A stretch of 30,659 nt of DNA, taken from positions 1-30,659 of the forward strand of contig JBEPXU010000001.1 of assembly GCA_041641735.1 (NCBI GenBank), in the 5' to 3' direction. Position 1 is the stretch's first letter. The number at the start of each line of letters is the position of its first letter. Under the pieces are notes generated by a model. The model did not search any database, was not told the origin of the DNA, and saw nothing but the letters and a program-made list of their open reading frames with translations. This DNA comes from Ectothiorhodospiraceae bacterium. Its GTDB lineage: Bacteria > Pseudomonadota > Gammaproteobacteria > Thiohalomonadales > Thiohalomonadaceae. The translations under genes and the position numbers were made by a program. Positions 17,694 to 26,751 of the stretch are shown piece by piece.

Positions 17694-19517
17694 TCATGCA
17701 CTCTTCTTGGCACTGTTGCGATAGCCGGCGAGGAATGCCTGGGCACCCTCCTTACCCATATACTTTCTCAGTACACGTACGTCGGTTCGTCGCAGGTCGA
17801 CCATAATCAGGCCGTCGATGCAGTCATTGAATGACCGGTCGACATTAAAGCCGAGCAGACGCCCCCCCAGCTTTAGGTACTGCTTGATGAGGATCGGAAC
17901 GCCCTTCTCGCCGCTTTCCTGAATCGAAACCAATTCCGAGACATCGTCGATACTGCCCATACCTGCGAGTTCCGCCTTACGCCAGATCGGGCGAAGGGTA
18001 CCGCGATAGGGATTGCGCGGACGGATGTGACGACTGAGTTCACTGTCGTAGTTATTGGCGCGCAGGAAGTCGATCAGCAGCTGCTGTGAGGTGGAGCTGT
18101 AGTCGTTGCTGATGCTTACCGGCCCGAACAACACGGCAGAGTGGGGGTGGGTGGCGACAAACTGACCGATCCCCTTCCACAGCAGCATCAGCGGAGTGAA
18201 GCTTCGCTGGTATTCGGGTCGGACGAAGGAACGCCCCAGCTCGATAGCGGGATTAAGCGCTTTGATAAGCCGCTTGCTGTAACGGAACAATGAGTGACTG
18301 TAGAGCCCCTTCTTGCCGAAATTCTCCACGATCTCATCAGCCAGACCCAGGCGATAGGCACCGACCACTTCGCGGCTTTCCTGATTCCAGATAAAGAGAT
18401 GTAAATAATAACTATCATAGAGGTCGATATCGGTGGCATTGCCGGTACCCTCCCCCACGGCACGGAAGGTCAGCTCGCGCAGGCGACCAAGCTCCTGCAT
18501 CAGCCAGGGGATCTGATTAGTACGTGCATAGTAGACCTTGAGATTACCTGACTCGGCCAGCATCATCTCATCGGGCAGGGCGCCGACCTCAGCCGCAAGT
18601 AGTGACGGTTCAATGGCCTCTGCAACAGGCACCATTGGTGTCCGCTCTGGCGATTCAGGAAGAGGATTATCATTCCCAGAGGAATCGGCCAGCATGTAGG
18701 TATGCAGTCGCAGGTATTTGGCCACATCATCGTCACTGCCTTTTCCTGCAAGGCGTTTGGGTGTGAGCGCTTCACCGATACGCAGTTCGATGGAACGATT
18801 ACGCTTGTTGGTCAGCTCACGCGGTAGCATCAGCGTCCGTAACACCGGATGAAGTTGACCCAGCGTGTGGAACAGTGCGCTGTTATGACCGGCAATGTGA
18901 ACGGGCACCACCTGCGCCTCGGTCATGCGAACCATTCGAGCGATTGATGCATCCCATTTATCATCACGAATGCCAAAGTCTCCCATATGAAAGCGGGAAA
19001 CATCCCCTGCAGGAAAGACCACCAGCAACCCATCGTCCTTTAGCCAGCGAACCGCTTCGCGAAGTGGCCTGAGATTTTCGCGTGTGGCGCGTGAATGACT
19101 GTATGGATTGACGCCGATAAACGTATCACTCAACTCCGGAACACGTTTAAGCATGCTGTTGGCCATAATGCGCACATCACGGCGTACATCTCGTAGCAAC
19201 AACGTCAGGATCACACCCTCTATGCCACCGAAGGGGTGGTTAGCTACCACCACCACTGGACCCTCAGAGGGGATATTATTGAGCGTACCGCCCACCACAC
19301 GCGGCGCCACATTCATGTATTGCAGGGTTTGTGCGGCAAAGTCTTCCGGTGTAACGGTTTCATCAAGCCTGTCATAGCCACGAGCCAGCCAGTCCAACCC
19401 CAATACCTTTTCGCCCACTGACAACAAGGGCAACCTCAACGGTCGTGGTAACCCGGTAAATAGCAGGTCGCCGAGACGAAAGGGATTGAACGATTTGTTG
19501 TTCTGGTTGGCTCGCAT
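17694..19517 (-). CDS. Fused PlsC-type O-acyltransferase + GNAT (OlsB-like) N-acyltransferase; OlsF-like bifunctional aminolipid synthase
   Basis: 607 aa. N-terminal VVVVANHPFGGIEG and LVVFPAG; C-terminal ELGRLRELTFR, DIDLYDSYYLHLF, VGAYRLG, IELGRSFV..EYQR...LLWKGI and GVPILIKQYLKLGG. Confidence 0.85.
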   Translation of the reverse strand: MRANQNNKSFNPFRLGDLLFTGLPRPLRLPLLSVGEKVLGLDWLARGYDRLDETVTPEDFAAQTLQYMNVAPRVVGGTLNNIPSEGPVVVVANHPFGGIEGVILTLLLRDVRRDVRIMANSMLKRVPELSDTFIGVNPYSHSRATRENLRPLREAVRWLKDDGLLVVFPAGDVSRFHMGDFGIRDDKWDASIARMVRMTEAQVVPVHIAGHNSALFHTLGQLHPVLRTLMLPRELTNKRNRSIELRIGEALTPKRLAGKGSDDDVAKYLRLHTYMLADSSGNDNPLPESPERTPMVPVAEAIEPSLLAAEVGALPDEMMLAESGNLKVYYARTNQIPWLMQELGRLRELTFRAVGEGTGNATDIDLYDSYYLHLFIWNQESREVVGAYRLGLADEIVENFGKKGLYSHSLFRYSKRLIKALNPAIELGRSFVRPEYQRSFTPLMLLWKGIGQFVATHPHSAVLFGPVSISNDYSSTSQQLLIDFLRANNYDSELSRHIRPRNPYRGTLRPIWRKAELAGMGSIDDVSELVSIQESGEKGVPILIKQYLKLGGRLLGFNVDRSFNDCIDGLIMVDLRRTDVRVLRKYMGKEGAQAFLAGYRNSAKKSA

Positions 19518-19550
19518 AGAAATACCCGTTTTTGTCGGAATTCACGTGTA

Positions 19551-19595
19551 AATCTAGGCCTCGAATGTGAACGGATTAAGAAGGTGTGATGACAA
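19551..19595 (-). promoter_or_regulatory. Candidate Pho box array and -10 element upstream of the OlsF-like gene
   Basis: The minus strand reads TTGTCAT-caca-CCTTCTT-aatc-CGTTCAC, 10 bp, then TAGATT. That is three half-sites at 11-bp pitch with the 10-bp gap to -10 typical of PhoB promoters. The middle half-site is degenerate. Confidence 0.45.
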
Positions 19596-19849
19596 TTCGA
19601 TTAATCCACACCAATAAAGCGGCAATCAAAACAGACTAACAAGGGGCATTTATCGCATGGGTATTTATTCTCTTTCACATAACCACGGTGACTCCTGTCA
19701 CATCACCACTGTGTTAGGGGCAGCACTTTTTTCATAATTACTTCCCCCTTACGCTCTTTTGTGAAGTTGTTACGGATATCCACCAACAGGCCCGGCATCT
19801 TTACTTCTCGATATGTCAGTAATTTTTTAACGCCACAAGGAAATTGAGT

Positions 19850-20224
19850 ATGAAGCAAACAATTCACACCATGAGGTGGTTGTTAATACTGCTAGCTTCA
19901 ACGGTTACACTCAGCGCACACGCCGAACGGCCTTATTGTCCTGAAGGAAAAGAGCTGCGCTGCCTTGACCTGGAACACAAGGTGGTCAAACGCAATGCCG
20001 TCTGTTTTGAGCCCATGCAGTGCGGCCAGGGCGGTTTTATCTGCCGCTCGGAACTGGACGAAATCCAGGCCGAGCATAAAGCCCTTCTTGGCAGATACAA
20101 TGAGCTTGCCAACAAGCACAATGAGGTTATCAGTGCTTACGAAACAGTCCAGGGAGAAAAGGCGGAGATACGCCGCTGCGTCAGCGCTGCGACGAACCTT
20201 GCCGAAGCAAGGAATTGCATCTAA
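19850..20224 (+). CDS. Hypothetical secreted Cys-rich protein with a coiled-coil segment
   Basis: AAGGA SD, signal peptide ending in AHA, seven Cys, and a heptad-like ELDEIQAEHKALLGRYNELANKHNEV stretch. Confidence 0.65.
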   Translation: MKQTIHTMRWLLILLASTVTLSAHAERPYCPEGKELRCLDLEHKVVKRNAVCFEPMQCGQGGFICRSELDEIQAEHKALLGRYNELANKHNEVISAYETVQGEKAEIRRCVSAATNLAEARNCI

Positions 20225-20244
20225 AAGCGTTACCGTAAAAATCG

Positions 20245-21120
20245 CTAGCGGGTATGCGCACGGTGAATCATGGTACAAAGCTGCTCGGCTCCGAGCAGCT
20301 GGCGCGGTGTCGCACGCTGCATCAGATCGGGCGGGATAAAGTACAGCTGGCCATTACGCACCGCCTTGAGTCGACTCCAGCGCCGCCACTCATCGAGCCA
20401 TTCGGGACGCTCTTCGGCCATACCGCTAGCTACGATCAGATCCGGGTCGGCGGCGATCACCGCCTCCCCCGAAACCGTCGGCGTCAGAGTCTCCAGCTTG
20501 GCAAAAACATTCTCGCCACCGCATAGGTGGATAACATCGGAAATAAGATGCTCGCCGTTAATAGTCATTAACGGGCGGTTCCAGATCTGATAAAAGACCC
20601 GTAGAGGCTGCTTCCCGCGATTGATCTCCGCCAGGCGCACCAGCGTCTGCATAAACTGCTTGGCCTGTTCCGCACCTTTGTCTTTATGACCGCTTAGGAT
20701 CCCCAGCCGCTGCATACTGACAGCAATATCCTTCAATTCGCGCGGCTCACTCCGATAGACGGTCATACCCAGCTGCTCAAGGCGTTCAAGCTGACGGGGA
20801 TCATTACCGCTACTCCAGCCTACTATCAGATCCGGACGCAGTGAAAGGATCGTCTCCAGATCAAGTCGACTGTAACCGCCCACACGCGGAAGTTGCTTTG
20901 CCCCCTCGGGATAGTTGCTGTAGTCCACGGCGCCGACCAACTGCTCTCCGGCGCCGATGGCATAGAGTTGTTCGGTGATGTGCGGTGCCAGACTGATTAT
21001 ACGTTTTGCCGGTTGCGGCAAGACAATTTGCTGTCCCGTATCATCCTGCACGGTAATCTCAGCTTGCAGCGGAAAACTCCCCAGCAGCAACCAGACAAAT
21101 AGAACATATCTCAGCGGCAT
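20245..21120 (-). CDS. btuF: Periplasmic cobalamin-binding protein
   Basis: Signal peptide from ATG 21120. RIISLAPHITEQLYAIGAGEQLVGAVDYSNYP, LETILSLRPDL and EAVIAADPDLIVAS. Directly downstream of cobD. Confidence 0.85.
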   Translation of the reverse strand: MPLRYVLFVWLLLGSFPLQAEITVQDDTGQQIVLPQPAKRIISLAPHITEQLYAIGAGEQLVGAVDYSNYPEGAKQLPRVGGYSRLDLETILSLRPDLIVGWSSGNDPRQLERLEQLGMTVYRSEPRELKDIAVSMQRLGILSGHKDKGAEQAKQFMQTLVRLAEINRGKQPLRVFYQIWNRPLMTINGEHLISDVIHLCGGENVFAKLETLTPTVSGEAVIAADPDLIVASGMAEERPEWLDEWRRWSRLKAVRNGQLYFIPPDLMQRATPRQLLGAEQLCTMIHRAHTR

Positions 21121-22145
21121 GAACGAAACTCCACATTTGTATGGGACATTAGTGAGTCCAGTGCCGATTCCAGCCGTTGCCAATCCGCTTCAATGGTGGG
21201 AAGGCCGAAACGCAACGCTGCAGGATCGGTAAAGTAGCGTAGCAAAATACCCTGTGTGGCAAACTCATCGTATCGTTGTTTCGCCTCCTCGACAGGAACG
21301 TATTGAAACAGAGCGGTGCCTCCGCTTGGTCTCAGTCCATAGCCGGTTAGCAGCGTAGCAAGACGCTCCCCCTCCATGGCCAGTCGCGCCCGTGTTTGTT
21401 GTTGCCATAACTCATCCTGCAACGCCAGCCTGGCCACCTCCCTTGATGGCCCGCTCACACTCCAGGGGCCGAGCAGTGACTTCAGTCGTTGCAATAATGC
21501 CGGCCAAGCCAGCACAAAACCGAGCCGTATTCCGGCTAGGCCGAAAAACTTTCCTACTGAGCGCAGTACGATCAGCCCCTCACTAACACAGGAAGAGGCG
21601 ATACTCTGATCCGGTGTCGCATCGATAAAGGCCTCATCGACAACCAACCAGCCTCCTTGTGCAGCAAGTTGTGCGTGCCACTGCCGTAGCTGCTCAGTTG
21701 GGAAACACAGGCCGGTAGGATTGTTCGGATTGATCAACACCAGCACATCGAGTTGCGGCAATTCTGACTCAATGTTATCGGCGTTAAGGGAGACAACTTC
21801 ATGCCCTTCACGACGCCAGGCATGGGCATGCTCGGCATAGGTGGGATAAAGCACACCAACCCGACTTGAAGCACGCAACCGCGGCAGTGCCTGAATCGCC
21901 GCCTGTGAACCTGCCACCGGCAACAGGTGCGGCGTACCGTAGTAGAGACGAGCGGCCTCGACCAAACCATCCTCATCCTCTGGCAAGCGCTGCCAGCACT
22001 CAGCGGAAAGTGACGGCACCGACCAACCCTGTGGATTGATGCCGGTTGAAAGATCCAGCCAATGCCCGGGGGCAATGCCGTATTGACGGGCGGTCTTCAG
22101 CAAACCGCCACCATGCGTCGGATTATCAACATCCAGTTCAGCCAA
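21111..22145 (-). CDS. cobD: Threonine-phosphate decarboxylase (PLP-dependent; Salmonella CobD / Pseudomonas CobC)
   Basis: HGG, DLSTGINP, NPNNPTG, VDEAFID and RSVGKFFGLAGIRLG (PLP Lys). TTG start overlaps the cbiB stop. Confidence 0.93.
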   Translation of the reverse strand: MAELDVDNPTHGGGLLKTARQYGIAPGHWLDLSTGINPQGWSVPSLSAECWQRLPEDEDGLVEAARLYYGTPHLLPVAGSQAAIQALPRLRASSRVGVLYPTYAEHAHAWRREGHEVVSLNADNIESELPQLDVLVLINPNNPTGLCFPTEQLRQWHAQLAAQGGWLVVDEAFIDATPDQSIASSCVSEGLIVLRSVGKFFGLAGIRLGFVLAWPALLQRLKSLLGPWSVSGPSREVARLALQDELWQQQTRARLAMEGERLATLLTGYGLRPSGGTALFQYVPVEEAKQRYDEFATQGILLRYFTDPAALRFGLPTIEADWQRLESALDSLMSHTNVEFRSCR

Positions 22146-23049
22146 AAATCACTCCACCTATTCCCATCACACCAAGCCAACACATCAACGCCCATTGCAC
22201 CAGGCGAATTGAACGTTCGATATCCTGGCCGCCCGGGGCAAGACCCTCGCCCAAAATCGGTTTTTTCTGTACCACTCCGTGATAGACAGTGGGACCACCA
22301 AGCTGCAAACCCAGTGCACCGGCACCGCTGGCCATCACCACCCCGGCATTAGGGCTATCAGTTCGCTGGCCCTGAGTCCTCCAGCAACGCCAGGCCAAAC
22401 GACTATCCCCGACCAGTGCATAGGTGGCAGCGGTCAGCCGAGCCGGTATCCAGTTGAGCAGGTCATCCAATTTCGCCGCCGTCCAGCCGAAATTCTGATA
22501 ACGCTCCGTGCGATAACCCCACATGGCATCCAGGGTATTGACCAGACGGTATAGCACCACACCGGGGGTACCGAGCAAAACGAACCAGAAAAGGGCAGCG
22601 AAAAGTGCATCGTTGCCGTTCTCCAACACTGACTCCACGGCGGCACGGCTCACCCCGGCCTCATCCAGTGCACGGCAATCACGACTAACGATCCAGCCGA
22701 CCCGCTCGCGTGCCAACGCCAGATCACCAACAGAAAGTGCAGCGGCCACTGCCCGCCCATGTTGGACCAGCGAAGTACCGCCAATTGCCAAATAGAGCAA
22801 CAACACTCCGATGAACATATCCACCCGCGGCCATAGCGACAGTAGCCAAGCCAGCAATACCCACGGCACCACCGCCACGAAAACAGCCATCGCACCACGT
22901 ACACGCAGTTCAGCCTGCGGTGCGGCAATCAACGCTGATTCAATACGCCGCGCCAACCTGCCGAACCCCACCAGGGGATGGTATTGGCGCGCCTCACCAA
23001 ACCTGATATCCAGCAATACAGCAAGAACGATGACAATCGCCGTGGTCAT
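22138..23049 (-). CDS. cbiB: Adenosylcobinamide-phosphate synthase
   Basis: [49 protein letters not shown] and [11 protein letters not shown]. Confidence 0.95.
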   Translation of the reverse strand: MTTAIVIVLAVLLDIRFGEARQYHPLVGFGRLARRIESALIAAPQAELRVRGAMAVFVAVVPWVLLAWLLSLWPRVDMFIGVLLLYLAIGGTSLVQHGRAVAAALSVGDLALARERVGWIVSRDCRALDEAGVSRAAVESVLENGNDALFAALFWFVLLGTPGVVLYRLVNTLDAMWGYRTERYQNFGWTAAKLDDLLNWIPARLTAATYALVGDSRLAWRCWRTQGQRTDSPNAGVVMASGAGALGLQLGGPTVYHGVVQKKPILGEGLAPGGQDIERSIRLVQWALMCWLGVMGIGGVIFG

Positions 23050-23144
23050 GGCAATCCGTGTTGTTCGAAAAGAGAGACATTATGCCTGAATCGAGGGAAC
23101 GACGCCGTTCCCATCCCCCTCGGTTCAGGCTACCATCCCACCCC

Positions 23145-24590
23145 ATGCAAAATACCCTCATGATTCAGGGCACCGCGTCCGATGCGGGCAAAAGTACCGT
23201 GGTTGCCGGGCTATGTCGCCTATTCCGCCGTGAAGGCATCAACGTTGTCCCATTCAAGCAGCAGAACATGGCCCTCAACAGTGCTGTCACCGCTGACGGC
23301 GGCGAGATCGGACGCGCCCAGGCGGTACAGGCGCAGGCGGCCGGAGTGGAACCACACACCGACATGAACCCGGTACTGCTAAAACCCTCCAGCGACATGG
23401 GGGCGCAGGTGATCATTCACGGCAAGGCACTGGCGCAGATGGAGGCGCAGGACTACCACCACTACAAGCGAACCGCGATGCAGGCGGTACTCGACTCGCA
23501 CAGGCGCCTGACCGATGAGTATGAGTTGATCGTCGTCGAGGGGGCCGGCAGCCCGGCGGAGATCAATTTGCGCGAAGGCGACATTGCCAACATGGGCTTT
23601 GCCGAGGCGGTGAACTGTCCGGTAATCCTGGTAGCTGACATCGACAAGGGCGGCGTGTTCGCGCAGATCGTCGGCACCCTGGAACTGCTCTCGGAGAGCG
23701 AGCAGGCACGGGTAAAAGGCTTCATCATCAATCGTTTCCGCGGCGATATCGCCCTGCTCGAGGATGGTCTCAGGTGGCTGGAGCAACGTACCGGCAAACC
23801 GGTACTCGGCGTACTGCCCTACCTGCACGGGCTACATCTGGAAGCAGAGGATGCCCTGCCACAGCAGCCGGATACCACCGAGGCCGATTTTCGTATAGTC
23901 GTCCCGGTGCTACCGCGTATCAGCAACCATACCGATTTCGACCCGTTGCGCCACCACCCGGGCGTCACGGTGGAGTTCGTCCCACCGGGTACCACCCCAT
24001 CCCCGGCAGACCTGGTGATCCTGCCCGGCAGCAAGAACGTGCGCTCCGACCTTGGCTGGCTGAAGCAGAACGGCTGGAGCGAATACCTGCAACGCCACCT
24101 GCGCTACGGCGGAAAGCTGATCGGTATCTGTGGCGGCTTTCAGATGCTCGGCGAAGCGATCCACGATCCACAGGGACTGGAGGATACACCTGGCAGCAGT
24201 GAAGGCCTTGGCCTGCTGTCGATGCAAACCACGCTGGAGAGCGAAAAGCGGCTTACCCATGTTCGGGGATATCTGAGCATTGACGGCGCCGAGGTGGAAG
24301 GCTACGAAATACACATGGGCATCAGCCAGGGTGCCGCCATGGATAGACCGGCCGTGCAGTTCAGTGAAGGTCACGACGGAGCAACCAGTGAGGACGGTCA
24401 GGTGCTCGGTACCTATCTGCACGGTCTATTTGACCGCAGCGGGGCCTGCGATGCACTGCTTCGCTGGGCCGGGCAGAAAGCAGATCGTGCGATCGATTAC
24501 CACGCCCTGCGAGAACGGGAGATTGAGCGTCTGGCTGACACCCTGCAGCAACACCTGGATATGGAACGACTGCACTCCCTCCTTGTATAG
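23145..24590 (+). CDS. cobQ: Cobyric acid synthase (CobQ/CbiP)
   Basis: [62 protein letters not shown] (glutaminase Cys) and GTYLHG. Start ATG 23145; ATG 23082 is an alternative. Confidence 0.96.
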   Translation: MQNTLMIQGTASDAGKSTVVAGLCRLFRREGINVVPFKQQNMALNSAVTADGGEIGRAQAVQAQAAGVEPHTDMNPVLLKPSSDMGAQVIIHGKALAQMEAQDYHHYKRTAMQAVLDSHRRLTDEYELIVVEGAGSPAEINLREGDIANMGFAEAVNCPVILVADIDKGGVFAQIVGTLELLSESEQARVKGFIINRFRGDIALLEDGLRWLEQRTGKPVLGVLPYLHGLHLEAEDALPQQPDTTEADFRIVVPVLPRISNHTDFDPLRHHPGVTVEFVPPGTTPSPADLVILPGSKNVRSDLGWLKQNGWSEYLQRHLRYGGKLIGICGGFQMLGEAIHDPQGLEDTPGSSEGLGLLSMQTTLESEKRLTHVRGYLSIDGAEVEGYEIHMGISQGAAMDRPAVQFSEGHDGATSEDGQVLGTYLHGLFDRSGACDALLRWAGQKADRAIDYHALREREIERLADTLQQHLDMERLHSLLV

Positions 24591-24702
24591 CGCGCGCATC
24601 GCCACTATCAAGACTGAGAGAAAAGCTGACGGGGAACGGGCATAATCGCCTGTTTTCGCGTAAAATAGCGTCAATTCACCCGCTTAACGAGTATACATTT
24701 TT

Positions 24703-24966
24703 ATGGATTTTACCCCCCTGCACGACACACTTTCCCGCATTGAGAGCGATCCCCGTTCCGGTCAATCGCTGCTGCTGTACGCCCTGGTCAAGACCCTGGC
24801 GATTCCACAGGGTGGCCACAACTACATGCTTACCAAGCTAAAGGAGATGGAGCCCGGTACCCGGCAACTGGCCTATGGCCTGATGGAGTTAATGGCACAG
24901 GGCGCCTACACCAAGGAAGAGTGGCAACTGGCCGAGGCGAAGATGGATAAGGCCATTCGGGGCTGA
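24703..24966 (+). CDS. Hypothetical 87-aa alpha-helical protein
   Basis: ATG start, protein-like composition, fills the gap between cobQ and ycgN and ends 2 nt before ycgN. No recognised family. Confidence 0.65.
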   Translation: MDFTPLHDTLSRIESDPRSGQSLLLYALVKTLAIPQGGHNYMLTKLKEMEPGTRQLAYGLMELMAQGAYTKEEWQLAEAKMDKAIRG

Positions 24967-24968
24967 CC

Positions 24969-25400
24969 TTGAGTAAATTCTGGGAAGAAAAGACACTGGC
25001 CGAGATGAGCCGTGCAGAGTGGGAAAGCCTGTGTGATGGCTGCGCCCGATGCTGTTTGATCAAGCTGGAGGATGAGGAGACCGAAGCGCTCCATTACACC
25101 GGTGTGGCCTGTCGTTACCTGGACAGGAAGCAATGCAACTGCTCGGTCTACAATGAAAGGACAAAACTGGTCCCCGACTGCCTGGAACTCAGTATCGATA
25201 ACGTCGACCAACTTTACTGGATGCCGCAAAGCTGTGCCTACCGACTACTGGCTGAGGGCGGCACGCTTCCAGAGTGGCACCCCTTGGTGAGTGGTAAACA
25301 GACCAGCGTGCATGAGGCGGGGATCGACATATGCGGATTCGCGATAAGCGAGGATGAAGTCGAATCCGAAGATGATCTGGAAGCCTATATCATCGATTAA
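24969..25400 (+). CDS. ycgN: YcgN-family cysteine-cluster protein (UPF0260, CxxCxxCC)
   Basis: FWEEKTLAEMSRAEWESLCDGCARCCLIKLED, ACRYLD, PDCL, WMPQSCAYR and WHPLVSG. Confidence 0.92.
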   Translation: MSKFWEEKTLAEMSRAEWESLCDGCARCCLIKLEDEETEALHYTGVACRYLDRKQCNCSVYNERTKLVPDCLELSIDNVDQLYWMPQSCAYRLLAEGGTLPEWHPLVSGKQTSVHEAGIDICGFAISEDEVESEDDLEAYIID

Positions 25401-25458
25401 ATAATAGCTGGATGGTTCACCATTTAAGCAACATAATTATACAAATAGAGACCGACAC

Positions 25459-26751
25459 GTGAACGGCATGCAACGCAACCTCTTTCAGGAACTGACCGTC
25501 AGTGAGCTGGAACAATATTCCAGTGAACTGGAGCATGCCGTCGAGAACCACTCCCGCTGGCTTGCCCATGTCAATCGAACACTGATCTGCAACCTCCCTC
25601 CCAGCGAGGATGATCTTGACGATACCCCGCATCACCTCTGTCAATTCGGCCGCTGGTATTACGGCATCGACAACCCCTACCTGGCTGAAATCGATAGTTT
25701 CGTTCGCATTGGCGCCGTGCACAGGAAAATGCATATTATCGCCAAACAACTGCTACAGGAAAAACAACCCATCGATGTAGCAGAATACAATAAACTGGTA
25801 ACACTCACCGAAGAGCTCCGCAGCGCTGCGAATCAACTATCTGAAGACCTGAATCAGAACCGCAACCTGGTGTCGAAACTAATGGGGAAGGTTTTCGAGA
25901 ATGCCGCAGAAGGTGTTGTCATTACCGCCCCGAACAGCACCATTATCAGCGTAAATCGGGCCTTTACCGAAGTCACCGGTTACAGCGAGGTAGAGGCGGT
26001 TGGCAATAAACCAAGCATGCTCCAATCCGGTAAACAGGACAAAGCTTTTTATAACAAGATGTGGGCTGAACTGGAACAATACGGACACTGGCACGGTGAA
26101 ATCTGGAATCGCAAGAAAAGCGGCGACATCTATCTTGAGTGGCTCTCTATTGATGCCGTACGTGATGAGCATGGCGAGCTAAGTCACTATGTCGCCATCT
26201 TCTCCGACATCACCTCGGCCAAGGAAAACGAGGAACGACTGCAGTTTCTGGCACATTACGACCAGTTGACTCGCCTACCTAACCGCATCCTGTTCAATGA
26301 CCGACTGAAGCTGGCCGTGGCACAGGCAGATCGTGAACACTTGCAGGTAGCGGTTATGTTTCTCGATCTGGACGGTTTCAAGGCGGTCAACGACAGTCTG
26401 GGGCACAAGGCCGGGGATGAACTTCTATTACAGGTTGCTCAACGCTTAAGCCAATGTCTTCGCGCCACAGACACCGTCGCCCGTTTCGGTGGCGATGAGT
26501 TCACCATCGTTTTGCCGTCCCTGGATAGCAGGGAGAGCATTATTCGCATTGCGCAGAAAATCGGGGAAGAGATCGCCAAGCCCTATGACCTGGACGGTCG
26601 TGAAGCGAACATCACCACCAGTATCGGTATCAGTCTCTACCCCAACGATAGCCTCCAACCGCAACAGCTGGTGCAATATGCTGACAACGCCATGTACCAT
26701 GCCAAACGCAACGGCAAGAACCATCATGAATTCTACAGCGAGTTGCTCTAA
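25459..26751 (+). CDS. Diguanylate cyclase with CZB, PAS/PAC and GGDEF domains
   Basis: CZB motifs HSRW, CQFGRWY and HRKMH; PAS (VNRAFTEVTGYSEVEAVG, GHWHGEIWNRKKSG); GGDEF domain (DQLTRLPNR, FLDLDGFKAVNDSLGHKAGD, RATD I-site, RFGGDEF, SIGIS). No EAL domain. Confidence 0.92.
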   Translation: MNGMQRNLFQELTVSELEQYSSELEHAVENHSRWLAHVNRTLICNLPPSEDDLDDTPHHLCQFGRWYYGIDNPYLAEIDSFVRIGAVHRKMHIIAKQLLQEKQPIDVAEYNKLVTLTEELRSAANQLSEDLNQNRNLVSKLMGKVFENAAEGVVITAPNSTIISVNRAFTEVTGYSEVEAVGNKPSMLQSGKQDKAFYNKMWAELEQYGHWHGEIWNRKKSGDIYLEWLSIDAVRDEHGELSHYVAIFSDITSAKENEERLQFLAHYDQLTRLPNRILFNDRLKLAVAQADREHLQVAVMFLDLDGFKAVNDSLGHKAGDELLLQVAQRLSQCLRATDTVARFGGDEFTIVLPSLDSRESIIRIAQKIGEEIAKPYDLDGREANITTSIGISLYPNDSLQPQQLVQYADNAMYHAKRNGKNHHEFYSELL

